This document shows positions 38,814 to 49,204 of a stretch of DNA of 64,000 bases, one piece after another. Positions within the stretch are counted from its first letter, which is position 1; the number at the start of each line of letters is the position of its first letter. The notes under the pieces were generated by a model. The model worked only from the letters and a program-made list of their open reading frames with translations. It did no database searches and was not told the DNA's origin. The translations under genes were made by a program, and so were the position numbers. Origin of the DNA: Thermoanaerobaculia bacterium (GTDB lineage: Bacteria > Acidobacteriota > Thermoanaerobaculia > UBA5066); assembly GCA_963816185.1 (NCBI GenBank), contig CAWFJJ010000024.1, positions 288,001-352,000 of the forward strand. The letters are read 5' to 3'.

Positions 38814-39412
38814 GCGGGCCTCGCCATCTCCCTGTGGAGCCAGGCCTCGGCGTGCCGCCACTCGCGGCTCACGGTCGCGTGCGAGACGTTGAGGACCTCG
38901 GCGGACTCCTCGATCGTGAGCCCCGCGAAGAGCCGAAGCTCGACGAGGCGGGACTGCCTCTCGTCGAGCGACGCGAGCTTCGAGAGCGCGCGGTCGAGGT
39001 CGAGGAGGTCGAGGCTCCTCGGGAGCGTCGCGGCTGCGGCCGCCGCGGGGTCATCGAGGCCGAGAAGAGTCCGGGCCGAGCCCCGCTTCTCGGCGTTGCG
39101 CGCCCGCGCGTGCTCGACGAGGACCTGACGCATCGCGCGCGCGGCGACCCCGAAGAAGTGGGCGCGGTTCTTCCAGTCGACCGAGGCGCTCCCGACGAGC
39201 TTCAGGTAGGCCTCGTGGACGAGGGCCGTCGGCTGGAGCGTGTGGCCTTCGCGCTCGTTCCTCAGGTAGGCGCCGGCGCGCCGCCTGAGCTCGTCGTAGA
39301 CGAGGGGCAGGAGCTTCTCGAGCGCTCCCTGGTCCCCGGCGCTCCACCGCCGGAGGAGCCGCGTGACCTCTCCGTCTGGAGGGACGGCCGGGTCGTCGGG
39401 GAGTCGTCCCAT
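38810..39412 (-). CDS. ECF sigma factor of the kinase-associated type
   Basis: VYDELRR, HTLQPTALVHEAYLKL, RAHFF, TVSREW. Confidence 0.9.
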   Translation of the reverse strand: MGRLPDDPAVPPDGEVTRLLRRWSAGDQGALEKLLPLVYDELRRRAGAYLRNEREGHTLQPTALVHEAYLKLVGSASVDWKNRAHFFGVAARAMRQVLVEHARARNAEKRGSARTLLGLDDPAAAAAATLPRSLDLLDLDRALSKLASLDERQSRLVELRLFAGLTIEESAEVLNVSHATVSREWRHAEAWLHREMARPA

Positions 39413-39475
39413 GAGGTGAAGTGAGACCGATTCTCGCATTTCTCACCGGGGAGGAAGCCGCCCCAGGAGACCCTT

Positions 39476-42130
39476 ATGCGAAATCGCCTCGCGCTCGCCG
39501 CCGCCGTGACGCTCCTCACGCCCGCCGCGCACGTCCTCGCGCAGTCTCCGGCGTCCGCGTACACGTGGACGGTTCCCGGGACCGTGAACGTCTCCGGCCT
39601 CAACGGGACGAAGTTCGTCTCGGACCTCGCGATCACGAACCCCGGCGCGGCGCCCGCCGTTGCGATCCTCTCGCTGGTGCCCGCCAACGGGACGGGGCAG
39701 TCCCTCCAGCTTCTCGCCCCGGGCCAGACGCTCGTCGTGCGCAACGTCCTCCAGCAGCTCTGGGGAGCGAGCGGCGCGGCGGCGACCATCGTCACTTCCA
39801 CGGGACCGCTCTTGATCCGGGCGCGGACCTACAACACGGCGGCGTCGGGGACATACGGTGTTGCGCTTCCTGTCATCGCGGACGACCGGTTCCTGTTTCC
39901 CGGTGTTTCGGCCGACAGCCTCTGGATCGCGCAGTCGGCGGACGGTTCGACGGGCTACCGAACGAACGTCGCCGTCGTCTTCCCGGATGCGGATGGCGGC
40001 GACGCGACGGTGACGGTGTACGACGCGAACGGCAACGTCGCCGGCTCGCAGGACTTCTCGATGAGCTCGGCGGGCTTCCAGCAGTTCGCGGTGGGCGCGT
40101 TCGCCGGCGCGGTCGCCGTCGGGCGCGCACGGATCGCCGTGACGCGCGGCCGCGCGACGGCGTATGCCGTCGTGGTCGACAACGTCACGGGCGATTCGTC
40201 GCTGTTCGCATTCGAGGACCTGCCCGCGGGGCGGCAGGACGTCCTCGTCAACGGCGTGGCGCGCGCCGGCGGACGCAACAACACGTTCTTCCGGACGGAC
40301 GCGCGGATCTACAACCCTTCGGGCGCCGATGTGTCCGTGGCTGTGGCGTTCCACGCGAACCAGAACGCGAACCCGAGCCCGGCCACCGCGACTTTCGACG
40401 TGCCGGCGGGGCAGGTCCTGGACGTCGTGGACGTCCTTCAGGCGCTCCTCGGTCTTCCCGTCGGTTCCGCCGGGGCCCTGCGCTTCACGTCAGATGCTCC
40501 TGTCGCGATCCTCTGCCGGACGAGCAACGTCGACCCGAGCAGCGCGAAACCCGGCACGTTCGGGGCGCAGCAGAGGCCGACGCCCGTGCTCTCGTTCCTG
40601 TCGTCGGCCGACGCGGGGGCGGTCGTGACGGGGGTGCGACAGGGCACCGACTTCCGGACGAACGTCGGCTTCGCAGCGGGTGCGGACGGCGCGAGCTGGT
40701 CGCTCGCCCTGAAGAACTCCTCGGGAGCCGTCGTCGGGAACGCGTCGGGCTCGCTCGGGCCCTGGGGCTGGACGCAGCCGAACGTGCAGGACCTTTTCCC
40801 CACGACGACGATCCCCGACGACGCGATGCTGCAGGTAAACGTGACGTTGGGCAGCATGGATGTCTTCGACTCGTCCATCGACAACTCCTCGGGCGATCCC
40901 GTGGTCACGCCGATCATGCCGCTGCCCGTCTCAATTTCCTCCTCGGCCATGATCGGCCCGGCGGGCGGCTCGGTTCAGTCGAGCGACGGCCGCCTGAAGC
41001 TGAAGATCCCCGCGGGCGCGCTCGCGTCACCGACGGCGTTCACGGTCACGCCCTCCACGAACGGGGCGCCGGGAGGTCTCGGGTCCGGCTACCAGATTTC
41101 GCCGGGTGGCGTCGCGTTCGCACGGCCGGTCCGGCTCGTTTTCGCGTACTCGTACGACGACCAGAACGGCTCGGACCCCGGTTCGCTCGGAATCGCCTGG
41201 AACGGCGGTTCGGCGTGGTACACGGGAACGAACAGCGCGATCGACACCAAGGCGCGAACCGTCACGCTCGAGATTCCCGCCCTCGAGCTCGCGCTGCGCT
41301 CCGACGGAGGACGCGCACCCCTCGCGGCCGTGGACGTGTACAGCCCGTACGTTGCGCTCACGATGACGGGCCCCTCGATCGTCCTTCAAGGCGGGGGCGC
41401 GGACTTCACCGCGACGAGGGTGCAGCTCACGCCGCAGAGCACGGACGTCCTGCGCCTTGCGCCGGGTGCGCCGGTGGAATCTTTCGGCTACACCTGGTCC
41501 GCGGCCGCCGGGACTTTCGGGGCCGCCGGCTCCGGCGCAACCGGTCATTACACCGCGCCCGGATGCCCGCCTCCGGAACCGGTCGAGATCAAAGTCGACG
41601 TCCACGACGCGGCCTCGGGAGGCCCGATCGGCGTCCTGACGAAGAGCGTGCGGATCCTCTGGAAGGACTGGAAGTACATCATCACGGAGGCCGTTGCCGA
41701 CGCCGAGACGTGCTCCCTCGGATTCGCCTTGAACTACAGCTCCCAGGCCGAGGCGACGTTCTCGCTGGATGCGAACGGCGCCGCGACCGGGGTCACGACG
41801 CGGACCGTGTTCGTCACCAACAGCGTCACGGTCTGTCCCGGAACGCCCCTCTGCTCAGCGAAGCAGTCCGACCCGGACCCCGTGAAGATCACCAGCCTCA
41901 CGGTCGGGTACCTCAGGGGTGACCTCGTTTTCACCGCGGAGTTCACCCATATGAGCGGCACGGACCTCACGATCACGTGCAAGGATGGAACCGGCCAGAC
42001 GAAGCATCATTCGCCGGGAGTAGACGACTCGTCTCTCGGCGTGCCCGTCGACGCCTACGCGGGCGGGCAGAACGCGACGTCGAACGGCGAGGTCACCGAG
42101 GAGTTCCATCCCGTGCGGGGAGGCTGCTGA
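39476..42130 (+). CDS. Large secreted protein with beta-sandwich repeats and a ZU5-like domain
   Basis: Signal peptide; FVSDLAITN / YRTNVAV / FRTDARIYN / FRTNVG; IGPAGG..LKIPAGAL. Confidence 0.75.
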   Translation: MRNRLALAAAVTLLTPAAHVLAQSPASAYTWTVPGTVNVSGLNGTKFVSDLAITNPGAAPAVAILSLVPANGTGQSLQLLAPGQTLVVRNVLQQLWGASGAAATIVTSTGPLLIRARTYNTAASGTYGVALPVIADDRFLFPGVSADSLWIAQSADGSTGYRTNVAVVFPDADGGDATVTVYDANGNVAGSQDFSMSSAGFQQFAVGAFAGAVAVGRARIAVTRGRATAYAVVVDNVTGDSSLFAFEDLPAGRQDVLVNGVARAGGRNNTFFRTDARIYNPSGADVSVAVAFHANQNANPSPATATFDVPAGQVLDVVDVLQALLGLPVGSAGALRFTSDAPVAILCRTSNVDPSSAKPGTFGAQQRPTPVLSFLSSADAGAVVTGVRQGTDFRTNVGFAAGADGASWSLALKNSSGAVVGNASGSLGPWGWTQPNVQDLFPTTTIPDDAMLQVNVTLGSMDVFDSSIDNSSGDPVVTPIMPLPVSISSSAMIGPAGGSVQSSDGRLKLKIPAGALASPTAFTVTPSTNGAPGGLGSGYQISPGGVAFARPVRLVFAYSYDDQNGSDPGSLGIAWNGGSAWYTGTNSAIDTKARTVTLEIPALELALRSDGGRAPLAAVDVYSPYVALTMTGPSIVLQGGGADFTATRVQLTPQSTDVLRLAPGAPVESFGYTWSAAAGTFGAAGSGATGHYTAPGCPPPEPVEIKVDVHDAASGGPIGVLTKSVRILWKDWKYIITEAVADAETCSLGFALNYSSQAEATFSLDANGAATGVTTRTVFVTNSVTVCPGTPLCSAKQSDPDPVKITSLTVGYLRGDLVFTAEFTHMSGTDLTITCKDGTGQTKHHSPGVDDSSLGVPVDAYAGGQNATSNGEVTEEFHPVRGGC

Positions 42131-42225
42131 CAAGGTTTCCGGCGGCTGGAACGAGTCTCTTCGACGCCTTCGTGCCTGACATAGAATCGGCCTCGTGACG
42201 CTTTTCACAAGCGTCAGGGGTACCC

Positions 42226-42911
<686 letters not shown>

Positions 42912-42915
<4 letters not shown>

Positions 42916-44657
42916 GCGCGACTCTCGCCAAGCCCCCCGTCCCGTCCTCCATTTCGTTCGGCCCGGTCCTCGAGCAGAACCTCGGCGGCCGCGTGACCGT
43001 CGAGCCGCGTCCGGCGTTCGACATCCCGACGCTCGTCACGGATGCGGCGACGCTGAAGGAGGCCGCTCTTTTCCTCAGGGACGACCCTTCGACGGCGTAC
43101 GACCTCTTCCTCGACCTCGCCTCCGTCGACCGCTCGAAGCTCCCGGGCGATCAGGCTCCCAAAGACGGAACCCGCTTCCAGGCGAACTACATCCTCTACT
43201 CGACGAAGCGGAACGAGCACCTCAGGCTGCGCGTGAACCTGCCCGCGAAGGACCCGGCCGCACCCTCTCTCGTCGGCGTCTGGCCCGCCGCGAACTGGTT
43301 CGAGCGCGAGGCCTGGGACCTCATGGGGATCCGCTTCGACGGCCACCCGAACCTCCAGCGCCTTCTCACGCACAACGGGTTCGTCGGCCACGCGCTGCGC
43401 AAGGACTACGACAAGAAACAGCGCTGGCTCTGCACCGAGGAGGACCTCCTCCAGACGGAGCTCGCCGCGAAGACGGACGACCCGGCCGACATGTTCGAGA
43501 CGATGACGCTGAACTTCGGGCCGTCCCACCCGGCGACGCACGGCACGCTCCGCGTCGTGATGCGCGTGGACGGCGAGAAGATCGTCGCGGCCGAGTCCGA
43601 GTGCGGATACCTGCACCGCTGCTTCGAGGGAATGTCCGAGACGCATACGTGGGTGCAGGTCGTGCCGTACACCGACCGGCTCAACTACTGCTCGCCCATG
43701 ATCAACGGCAACGGCTACGTGCGCGCCGTCGAGCAGATGCTCGGCGTCGAGGTCCCGCCGCGCGCGAAGGCCGCGCGCACGGTGCTGAACGAGTTCTCGA
43801 GGATCATGGACCATCTCGTCTGCATCGCGGCGAACCTCGTCGACATCGGCGCGCTCACGAACTACTGGTACGCGTACCAGCCGCGCGAGGAGATCTACGG
43901 CCTTCTCGAGGCCTGCTGCGGCGCGCGCCTCACGTCCTCGTACGCGCGCATCGGCGGGCTCGCGAAGGACGTGCCGGAGAACTTCGTCGAGTGGTCGCGG
44001 TCGCTCCTGCCCACGATCCGCGACCGGATGGCCGACGTCGACCGCCTCGTCACGAAGAACAAGATCGTCTGGAACAGGTTGCGCGGCACGGGCGTCGTCT
44101 CGAAGGAGCAGGCTCTCGCCTGGGGCTTCACGGGGCCGTGCCTGAGGGCTTCCGGCGTCGCGTACGACGTCCGCAAGGACAAGCCGTACGAGATGTACGG
44201 CGACGTGGACTTCGACGTCCCGATCTCGACGGACGGCGACAACTTCGCGCGCTACCTCGTGAGGATGGAGGAGATGCGGCAGTCGATGCGGATCATCGAG
44301 CAGCTCGTCGCGCGGTTCCCGAAGGGGCCGATCAACTCGGACGACTACCGCGTCATCCTGCCGCCCAAGGAGATGGTCTACAACGAGATGGAGGCGCTCA
44401 TCTACCACTTCAAGCTCGTCTTCGAGGGCGTGAAGGTGCCGCCGGGGGAGATCTACTCGTACACCGAGGGCGGCAACGGCGAGCTGGGCTTCTCGCTCGT
44501 ATCGGACGGCAGCGGCTTCCCCTACCGGATCAAGGTGAGGCCGCCGTGCTTCCCGCTCTTCGCGGCGTTCGAGAAGATCATCAAGGGCAGCATGGTGTCC
44601 GACGCCGTCGCCACGCTCGGCTTGCTGAACATCATCGCCGGCGAGCTGGACCGGTAG
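42912..44657 (+). CDS. nuoCD: NADH-quinone oxidoreductase fused subunit C/D
   Basis: [19 protein letters not shown] then [27 protein letters not shown]. Confidence 0.93.
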
Positions 44658-44668
44658 GCAGGTAGCAC

Positions 44669-45331
44669 ATGGCCGCACGCGTCGTCACCGTCAACGCTCC
44701 AGCCCCCACGCTCCTCGAGAGTCTCTATCTCCCGGAGATCTTCAAGGGCCTCGCGCGCACGCTCTCTCACCTCGTGAAGAACCTCGCGAACATCAAGGGC
44801 ATGCCGACGATCCAGTACCCCGAGATGCGCCGGAACTACTCCGGGCGCTTCCGCGGGCGCCACATCCTGAAGACGCGCGAGGACGGCACGCTCAAGTGCG
44901 TGGCCTGCTACATGTGCGAGACGGCGTGCCCGGCCGAGTGCATTTACATCGAGGCGGGCGAGCACCCGGTCCTCGCGTACGAGAAGTACCCGACGAAGTT
45001 CGAGATCGACATGCTGCGGTGCGTCTTCTGCGGATACTGCGTGGACGCGTGCCCGAAGGACGCGATCTGGATGACGAAGGACTACGAGCTGTCCTTCTTC
45101 GACCGCAAGAGCGCCGTCCTCGGCATCCCCGAGCTCACGGAAAAACCGTCCGACACTGGCCCGGACGGCCCCGGCTACGGCTACCGGCCGTACGAGGGCG
45201 AGAACCCCATGAAGAAGGCGGGGGAGTTCGAGCCCTCGGGCCTCGCGCTCCTGCCGGCCCTCGCGGAGCGCGGCCTGGCGATCAACCGCATGCCGCCCCC
45301 GCCGCCGCCGCCGCCGGCGAAGGCGGGCTGA
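44669..45331 (+). CDS. nuoI: NADH-quinone oxidoreductase subunit I
   Basis: TIQYPE, RFRGRH, two CxxCxxCxxxCP motifs. Confidence 0.93.
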   Translation: MAARVVTVNAPAPTLLESLYLPEIFKGLARTLSHLVKNLANIKGMPTIQYPEMRRNYSGRFRGRHILKTREDGTLKCVACYMCETACPAECIYIEAGEHPVLAYEKYPTKFEIDMLRCVFCGYCVDACPKDAIWMTKDYELSFFDRKSAVLGIPELTEKPSDTGPDGPGYGYRPYEGENPMKKAGEFEPSGLALLPALAERGLAINRMPPPPPPPPAKAG

Positions 45332-45342
45332 GGGCGCACCAA

Positions 45343-45438
45343 AGTGCCCAGATGTCTCCACCACGCGGTGGGCACATCTGCACATTTGCGGAAGAGTGCC
45401 CAAATGTGTCCGCCGTTGCCGTCTAATACTAGTTAGGC
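45343..45438 (+). other. attI-like integron recombination site (no adjacent integrase)
   Basis: GTCTAAT-ACTA-GTTAGGC simple site at 45421-45438; 12/13 direct repeats at 45343 and 45395; GTTAGGC complements the GCCTAAC that ends cassette 1. Confidence 0.6.
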
Positions 45439-45447
45439 TGCGCAACG

Positions 45448-45975
45448 ATGGCCGAAGCCCTCCTTCTCTCAAAGCTTCAGGTGGCGCGGCGGCAACTCGA
45501 GGCAACCGTCGGACTCTTTTTCCGGGACGGCGACCCCGTTGCAATCCATACCCTCACAGCAGCGGCGTACGAAGTACTACATGACCTCACCAAGATCTCC
45601 GGGCAGCACGCGATGCTCAAGGCCCGGGTCGAAGAGGTAGTCAAGCCCGAGCATGTCAAGGCGTTCCGGCTCAAGCTGAACGAGGCTGAAAACTTTTTCA
45701 AGCATGCGGCTCGTGACCCGGCCGCCCTCCTGCGGTTCTACCCCGGTCAAACCGAAATCCTCCTGTTCGACGCCGTCAGAACGTATCGCCTCATCTCGGG
45801 CAAGCCGGCCCCCCTTCTCACGGCGTTCGAGTACTGGTGCGTTCTTCACGCCCCCGATCTTTTCTTGCCGCTGGCGGGCGCCGCCGCTTTTCAAGGCCTC
45901 TTTCCAAGCCTCCTTTCAATGTCCCGCTCGGAGTTCCTCGAATCTCTCCTTCCAGGTCTCCCTGTGAATGGCTGA
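45448..45975 (+). CDS. Cassette 1: hypothetical HEPN-like protein (last codons displaced by IS481)
   Basis: Starts 9 nt after GTTAGGC; helical, with NFFKH motif; lower GC than flanks. Confidence 0.7.
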   Translation: MAEALLLSKLQVARRQLEATVGLFFRDGDPVAIHTLTAAAYEVLHDLTKISGQHAMLKARVEEVVKPEHVKAFRLKLNEAENFFKHAARDPAALLRFYPGQTEILLFDAVRTYRLISGKPAPLLTAFEYWCVLHAPDLFLPLAGAAAFQGLFPSLLSMSRSEFLESLLPGLPVNG

Positions 45976-47375
45976 ACGGTCGGGCACATAGGTAACACTT
46001 TAGTCCAGGCACATGGGTAACACTTATCAACAGTTACCTCGTCGTCGTCGTGCTGTGGAGATCGTGGAAATCTTCTTGCGTAGAGCTCTCAGCCCCGCGC
46101 CCAGTGCGGCCGCCGCGATGCCAAGGCCGGTGTTCATAGAAGGCTGCATAGAGTTTCTTGTCGCGCTCGTCGAAGCGCCCCAGCAGTAGCGAACCGAAGT
46201 ACAGGTTCCAGATGCCGTCGTCGACCTCCTCGAGCCCGACGTACTCGTCGATCAGGGGGTGGCTGACGCTGAGCCAGCCCGTCTTCCAGCGGATCCCGCC
46301 GTTGCGGCTGACGCGCCTGACCTCGAAGTGGCCCGGGTACTCGATGGGTGCGAGCTTGGACGGGAACGTGCGCAGTGAAGGACGGTAAAGATCGGCGGGC
46401 CGTTTCATGCCGATGCTTTCGTGGGGCCGCTCGGTGTTGAACTCCAGCTGGAAGGCGTCGAAGCGTTTCTGCTGGCCTCTGAGGTCGCGCCCCACGGGGT
46501 GAGTCGTCGCCCGCTTGAGCGTGCGATGCATCCTCTCGTGCGAGCCGTTCTGCTCGGGGTGGGCCGGCTGCGTGAGCTCGGGCCTGATTCCCAGCTTGAT
46601 CCACCACACCGAGAGGCGCGAGAGCCGCCCCAGGCCCGTCGACGCAAACGGAACCCCGTTGTCGCTTCGGATCGCATCGGGCAATCCATGTTCGCGAAAC
46701 AGCCGTTCGAAGCTTTTCTTCACGCCGTCCGCCTTCGTCGAGAGCAGCCCTCTGCACCCGATGAGGTATCGGCTATAGAGGTCGCTCACCGTCAGCGGGT
46801 AGCAGTAGATCCCGTCGCCCGTCAGGAACTCGCCCTTGAAGTCCGTGGCCCACAGCGCATTCGCCTTCTCAGCCACCGTCATCGGACGTCCCGGATGCCC
46901 GACGGGCCGTCTGCGGCGCCGCGCCTTCACGAGCCCGTGTCTCTTGAGAATCGCCGCCACCGTGCTTCGTGCCGGCCAGCTCGTCTCCTGGTCGCGCGTC
47001 GCCAGCACGTGGACGATCTTCTTCGGGCCCCAGTCGGGGTGTTTGCGTCGAAACTCAGTGATGGCCGACTCGACATCCCCAGCGGTCTGATTCGGGTGCC
47101 AGTGCGGCCGGCGCACCTGGTCCTCGAGCCCTGCCACACCTTCCGCCTCGAATCTCTCGATCCACTTGTAGAGCGTCTTGCGGCTCACGCCGTGCCGCTC
47201 GGCCAGAAACCTCACCGTGAAAAGCCCGCTTCGATAATCCACCAGGCTCTGCATCCTCTCGGCCACGGGTGTCGTCTCCTTCCAGGGCATCGGGCGTTTC
47301 TCCTCCCGCCCGAACTCTGCCCTGTGTCACCCATGTGCCTGGACCGTTCTGTAACCCATGTGCCCGGACTGAACC
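45973..47375 (-). mobile_element. IS481-family insertion sequence
   Basis: Two GGCACATRGGTAACA-like repeats at each end in inverted orientation; GGC on both flanks (45970-72, 47376-78). Confidence 0.85.
46034..47290 (-). CDS. IS481-family DDE transposase
   Basis: MPWKE start, HTH, WATDFKG, RSDNGVPF, QNGSHERMHRTLK, RPHE. Confidence 0.93.
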   Translation of the reverse strand: MPWKETTPVAERMQSLVDYRSGLFTVRFLAERHGVSRKTLYKWIERFEAEGVAGLEDQVRRPHWHPNQTAGDVESAITEFRRKHPDWGPKKIVHVLATRDQETSWPARSTVAAILKRHGLVKARRRRRPVGHPGRPMTVAEKANALWATDFKGEFLTGDGIYCYPLTVSDLYSRYLIGCRGLLSTKADGVKKSFERLFREHGLPDAIRSDNGVPFASTGLGRLSRLSVWWIKLGIRPELTQPAHPEQNGSHERMHRTLKRATTHPVGRDLRGQQKRFDAFQLEFNTERPHESIGMKRPADLYRPSLRTFPSKLAPIEYPGHFEVRRVSRNGGIRWKTGWLSVSHPLIDEYVGLEEVDDGIWNLYFGSLLLGRFDERDKKLYAAFYEHRPWHRGGRTGRGAESSTQEDFHDLHSTTTTR

Positions 47376-47412
47376 GGCAGCGCAGCCTAACAACGCGCTG
47401 CAGCGGACTTCC

Positions 47413-47707
47413 ATGAGAAGGCCGGTTGTTGTCAAGAGAGGGCGGAATCGCCGGTGGGAATCCCTGGGCTCGAGTGTGTCGCCGCGCTTCCATTCGCACT
47501 CGTATGGGCCGCGTCTTGTCGGCCTGGTGCATGAGGGGGTCTAGTCCGCAAGGGCGCTGCAATCTCGCTACCGGTGTTCCGCCCCGGGCCGAAGTCCGTG
47601 GGGACCGGAGTCCGCTGCGCAGTCGCCCTGACGGGGCGTTGACTCGAATTTGGGATAGCCACGATTGAACGCGTCCTCTCGCTGGTTCCTTTCTTTTTTG
47701 CCCTGTG
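47413..47707 (-). ncRNA. Predicted bridge/seekRNA of element A (ends approximate)
   Basis: Internal loop between stems 47552-60/47619-28 and 47571-75/47604-08 carries target-matching 10-mers. Confidence 0.8.
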
Positions 47708-48874
47708 TCAGGCCGCTGCGGCCGTGCCGTGAGGCGCAGGGGCCTTGCGTAGCGGCTCGTAGACCTCCGCGGTCCGCCACAGCCGATGCAGCAACACCGC
47801 GAGTTTTCGTGCGATGGCAATGACCGCCCGTTTCTTCGCATTGCGCTCTCCTCGGGCTGACAGCGCCAGGCCGGATCGTCTGAGGTCGCAGTCCGGCCCG
47901 AATGGCCCGAGGACGTACTGCGCCGACTGAACCAGAAGCCGGCGCAGGAAGTGGTCCCCCTCTTTCGTGATGCGCAGCTGCGGGTCCGAATCACCGCTCT
48001 GACTTCGCGAAGGTACGAGCCCAAGGTACGCCCCGACGGCCCGGCTCTTCCGGAATCGACCCGGATCCTCCAGCGTCAGGACGTAGGCCAGCGCCACGAT
48101 CGGGCCCACTCCTCCCACCTGCCTCAGCAACGCCGTCTCCGGGTACTTCTTCTTCCCCAGTTCTAAGATGCGCTTGTCGAGCGCCAGGATCTGTCTGGAC
48201 ACGACTTCGATCGTCGTCAGGACGTTCGACAACGCTTCGCGTACCTCCTCGGGAATCTCGCCCACCGCCTGGATGGAGAACGTCCGGGTCGAGCACTTCC
48301 TCAGGCGGTGTCCCGTCGCTTTGACCGCCCCGCGGACGTGGTTGACGAGCTGCGTCCGCGTCCTCACCAGCACATCGCGCGAGCGCAGGACGGCCATGTC
48401 CTGTGCGACGCTCTCGGGACGGTGCTCCACGGGGTACAGAAGCTTCGGGTCCAGCCGGGCGATCCGGGCCAGGGCCTCGGCATCCACACGGTCCTGCTTC
48501 CCACGGTTCTGGTAGATCAGCCGGGTCTTTCGGGGGTTGGCCACCAGCACCTCGTGCCCTAGCTCTTTCAGAAGGCGGCTCACCCACGGGGAATGCGTTC
48601 CCACCTCCAGCGCGATTCGCATTCCCACCGGCCCTTCGAAACGCTTCCGGATCCCTTCCAGAGTCGTCTGGGCCCTTCCACGCTCGACGACCATCCCATC
48701 TTCATCGAGCACGCAAAAATGGCTCGTCCGATCCCCCAGGTCTATTCCGACGGTCCACGTCGGACAAAAAGCCGGAAGGACGTTCACCACTTTGCCCGAC
48801 GTCAATCTCGCCGTCCCATCACTCCTCGTCGCCGTCCTCTCGCTCCCGCTCGTCCCGGTGCTACGCTTCCTCAC
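47708..48874 (-). CDS. IS110-family DEDD recombinase A
   Basis: VGIDLG, ALEVG, KQDRVDA, GVGPIVA, YLGLVP..SQSG, ARKLA. Confidence 0.93.
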   Translation of the reverse strand: MRKRSTGTSGSERTATRSDGTARLTSGKVVNVLPAFCPTWTVGIDLGDRTSHFCVLDEDGMVVERGRAQTTLEGIRKRFEGPVGMRIALEVGTHSPWVSRLLKELGHEVLVANPRKTRLIYQNRGKQDRVDAEALARIARLDPKLLYPVEHRPESVAQDMAVLRSRDVLVRTRTQLVNHVRGAVKATGHRLRKCSTRTFSIQAVGEIPEEVREALSNVLTTIEVVSRQILALDKRILELGKKKYPETALLRQVGGVGPIVALAYVLTLEDPGRFRKSRAVGAYLGLVPSRSQSGDSDPQLRITKEGDHFLRRLLVQSAQYVLGPFGPDCDLRRSGLALSARGERNAKKRAVIAIARKLAVLLHRLWRTAEVYEPLRKAPAPHGTAAAA

Positions 48875-48990
48875 GGCCGGTCTCCCTTCTGGGCCTCGAG
48901 CCCGCAATGTCCTTGCAGCGAATTTTCCGACTGCGCCGGGGAGACCGGCCTTCTCATCCCATCTCGCTACGCTCGCCGCTGAGCTTGCCC

Positions 48991-49204
48991 ATGAAGATTC
49001 CTGTCAAGCCCCTCGCTGAATAATTTCTTGCTTGCGCCGCACGAAACAGCCGGCCACTCGTCCATTCGGGGTCAGAGCCCCACGTATCACTTCAGCGGAT
49101 GGCGCCCCAAACGATATCCCGGGCTCTGCGGCCCAATGCTCAGCAGCAGGGTCATCCACCCGATTCTCGGCAAGATTTGCGGCGTGCTTTTCCTTTCTTC
49201 GTCT
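48991..49204 (-). ncRNA. Predicted bridge/seekRNA of element B (ends approximate)
   Basis: Target loop 49097-49157 and donor-like loop 49057-49089, with matches to the flanks and the circle junction. Confidence 0.72.

Larger units (their letters stand above)
47410..48964 (-). mobile_element. IS110-family (IS1111 group) element A, inserted in attC1
   Basis: 13-bp subterminal IR ATGAGAAGGCCGG, 3 and 7 nt from the ends; CT at both junctions; no TSD. Confidence 0.9.

Noticed and set aside
36603-39412. ECF sigma + Ser/Thr kinase pair as a novel system
   Set aside because: Known arrangement, common in Planctomycetota and Acidobacteriota.
45291-45318. CCG repeat at the end of nuoI
   Set aside because: Encodes a poly-proline tail; no evidence of phase variation.
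45980-46025. Tandem GGCACATRGGTAACAC repeats as a mini-CRISPR
   Set aside because: Only two copies with a very short spacer, mirrored at 47324-47365; these are IS481 end repeats, and no cas genes are present.
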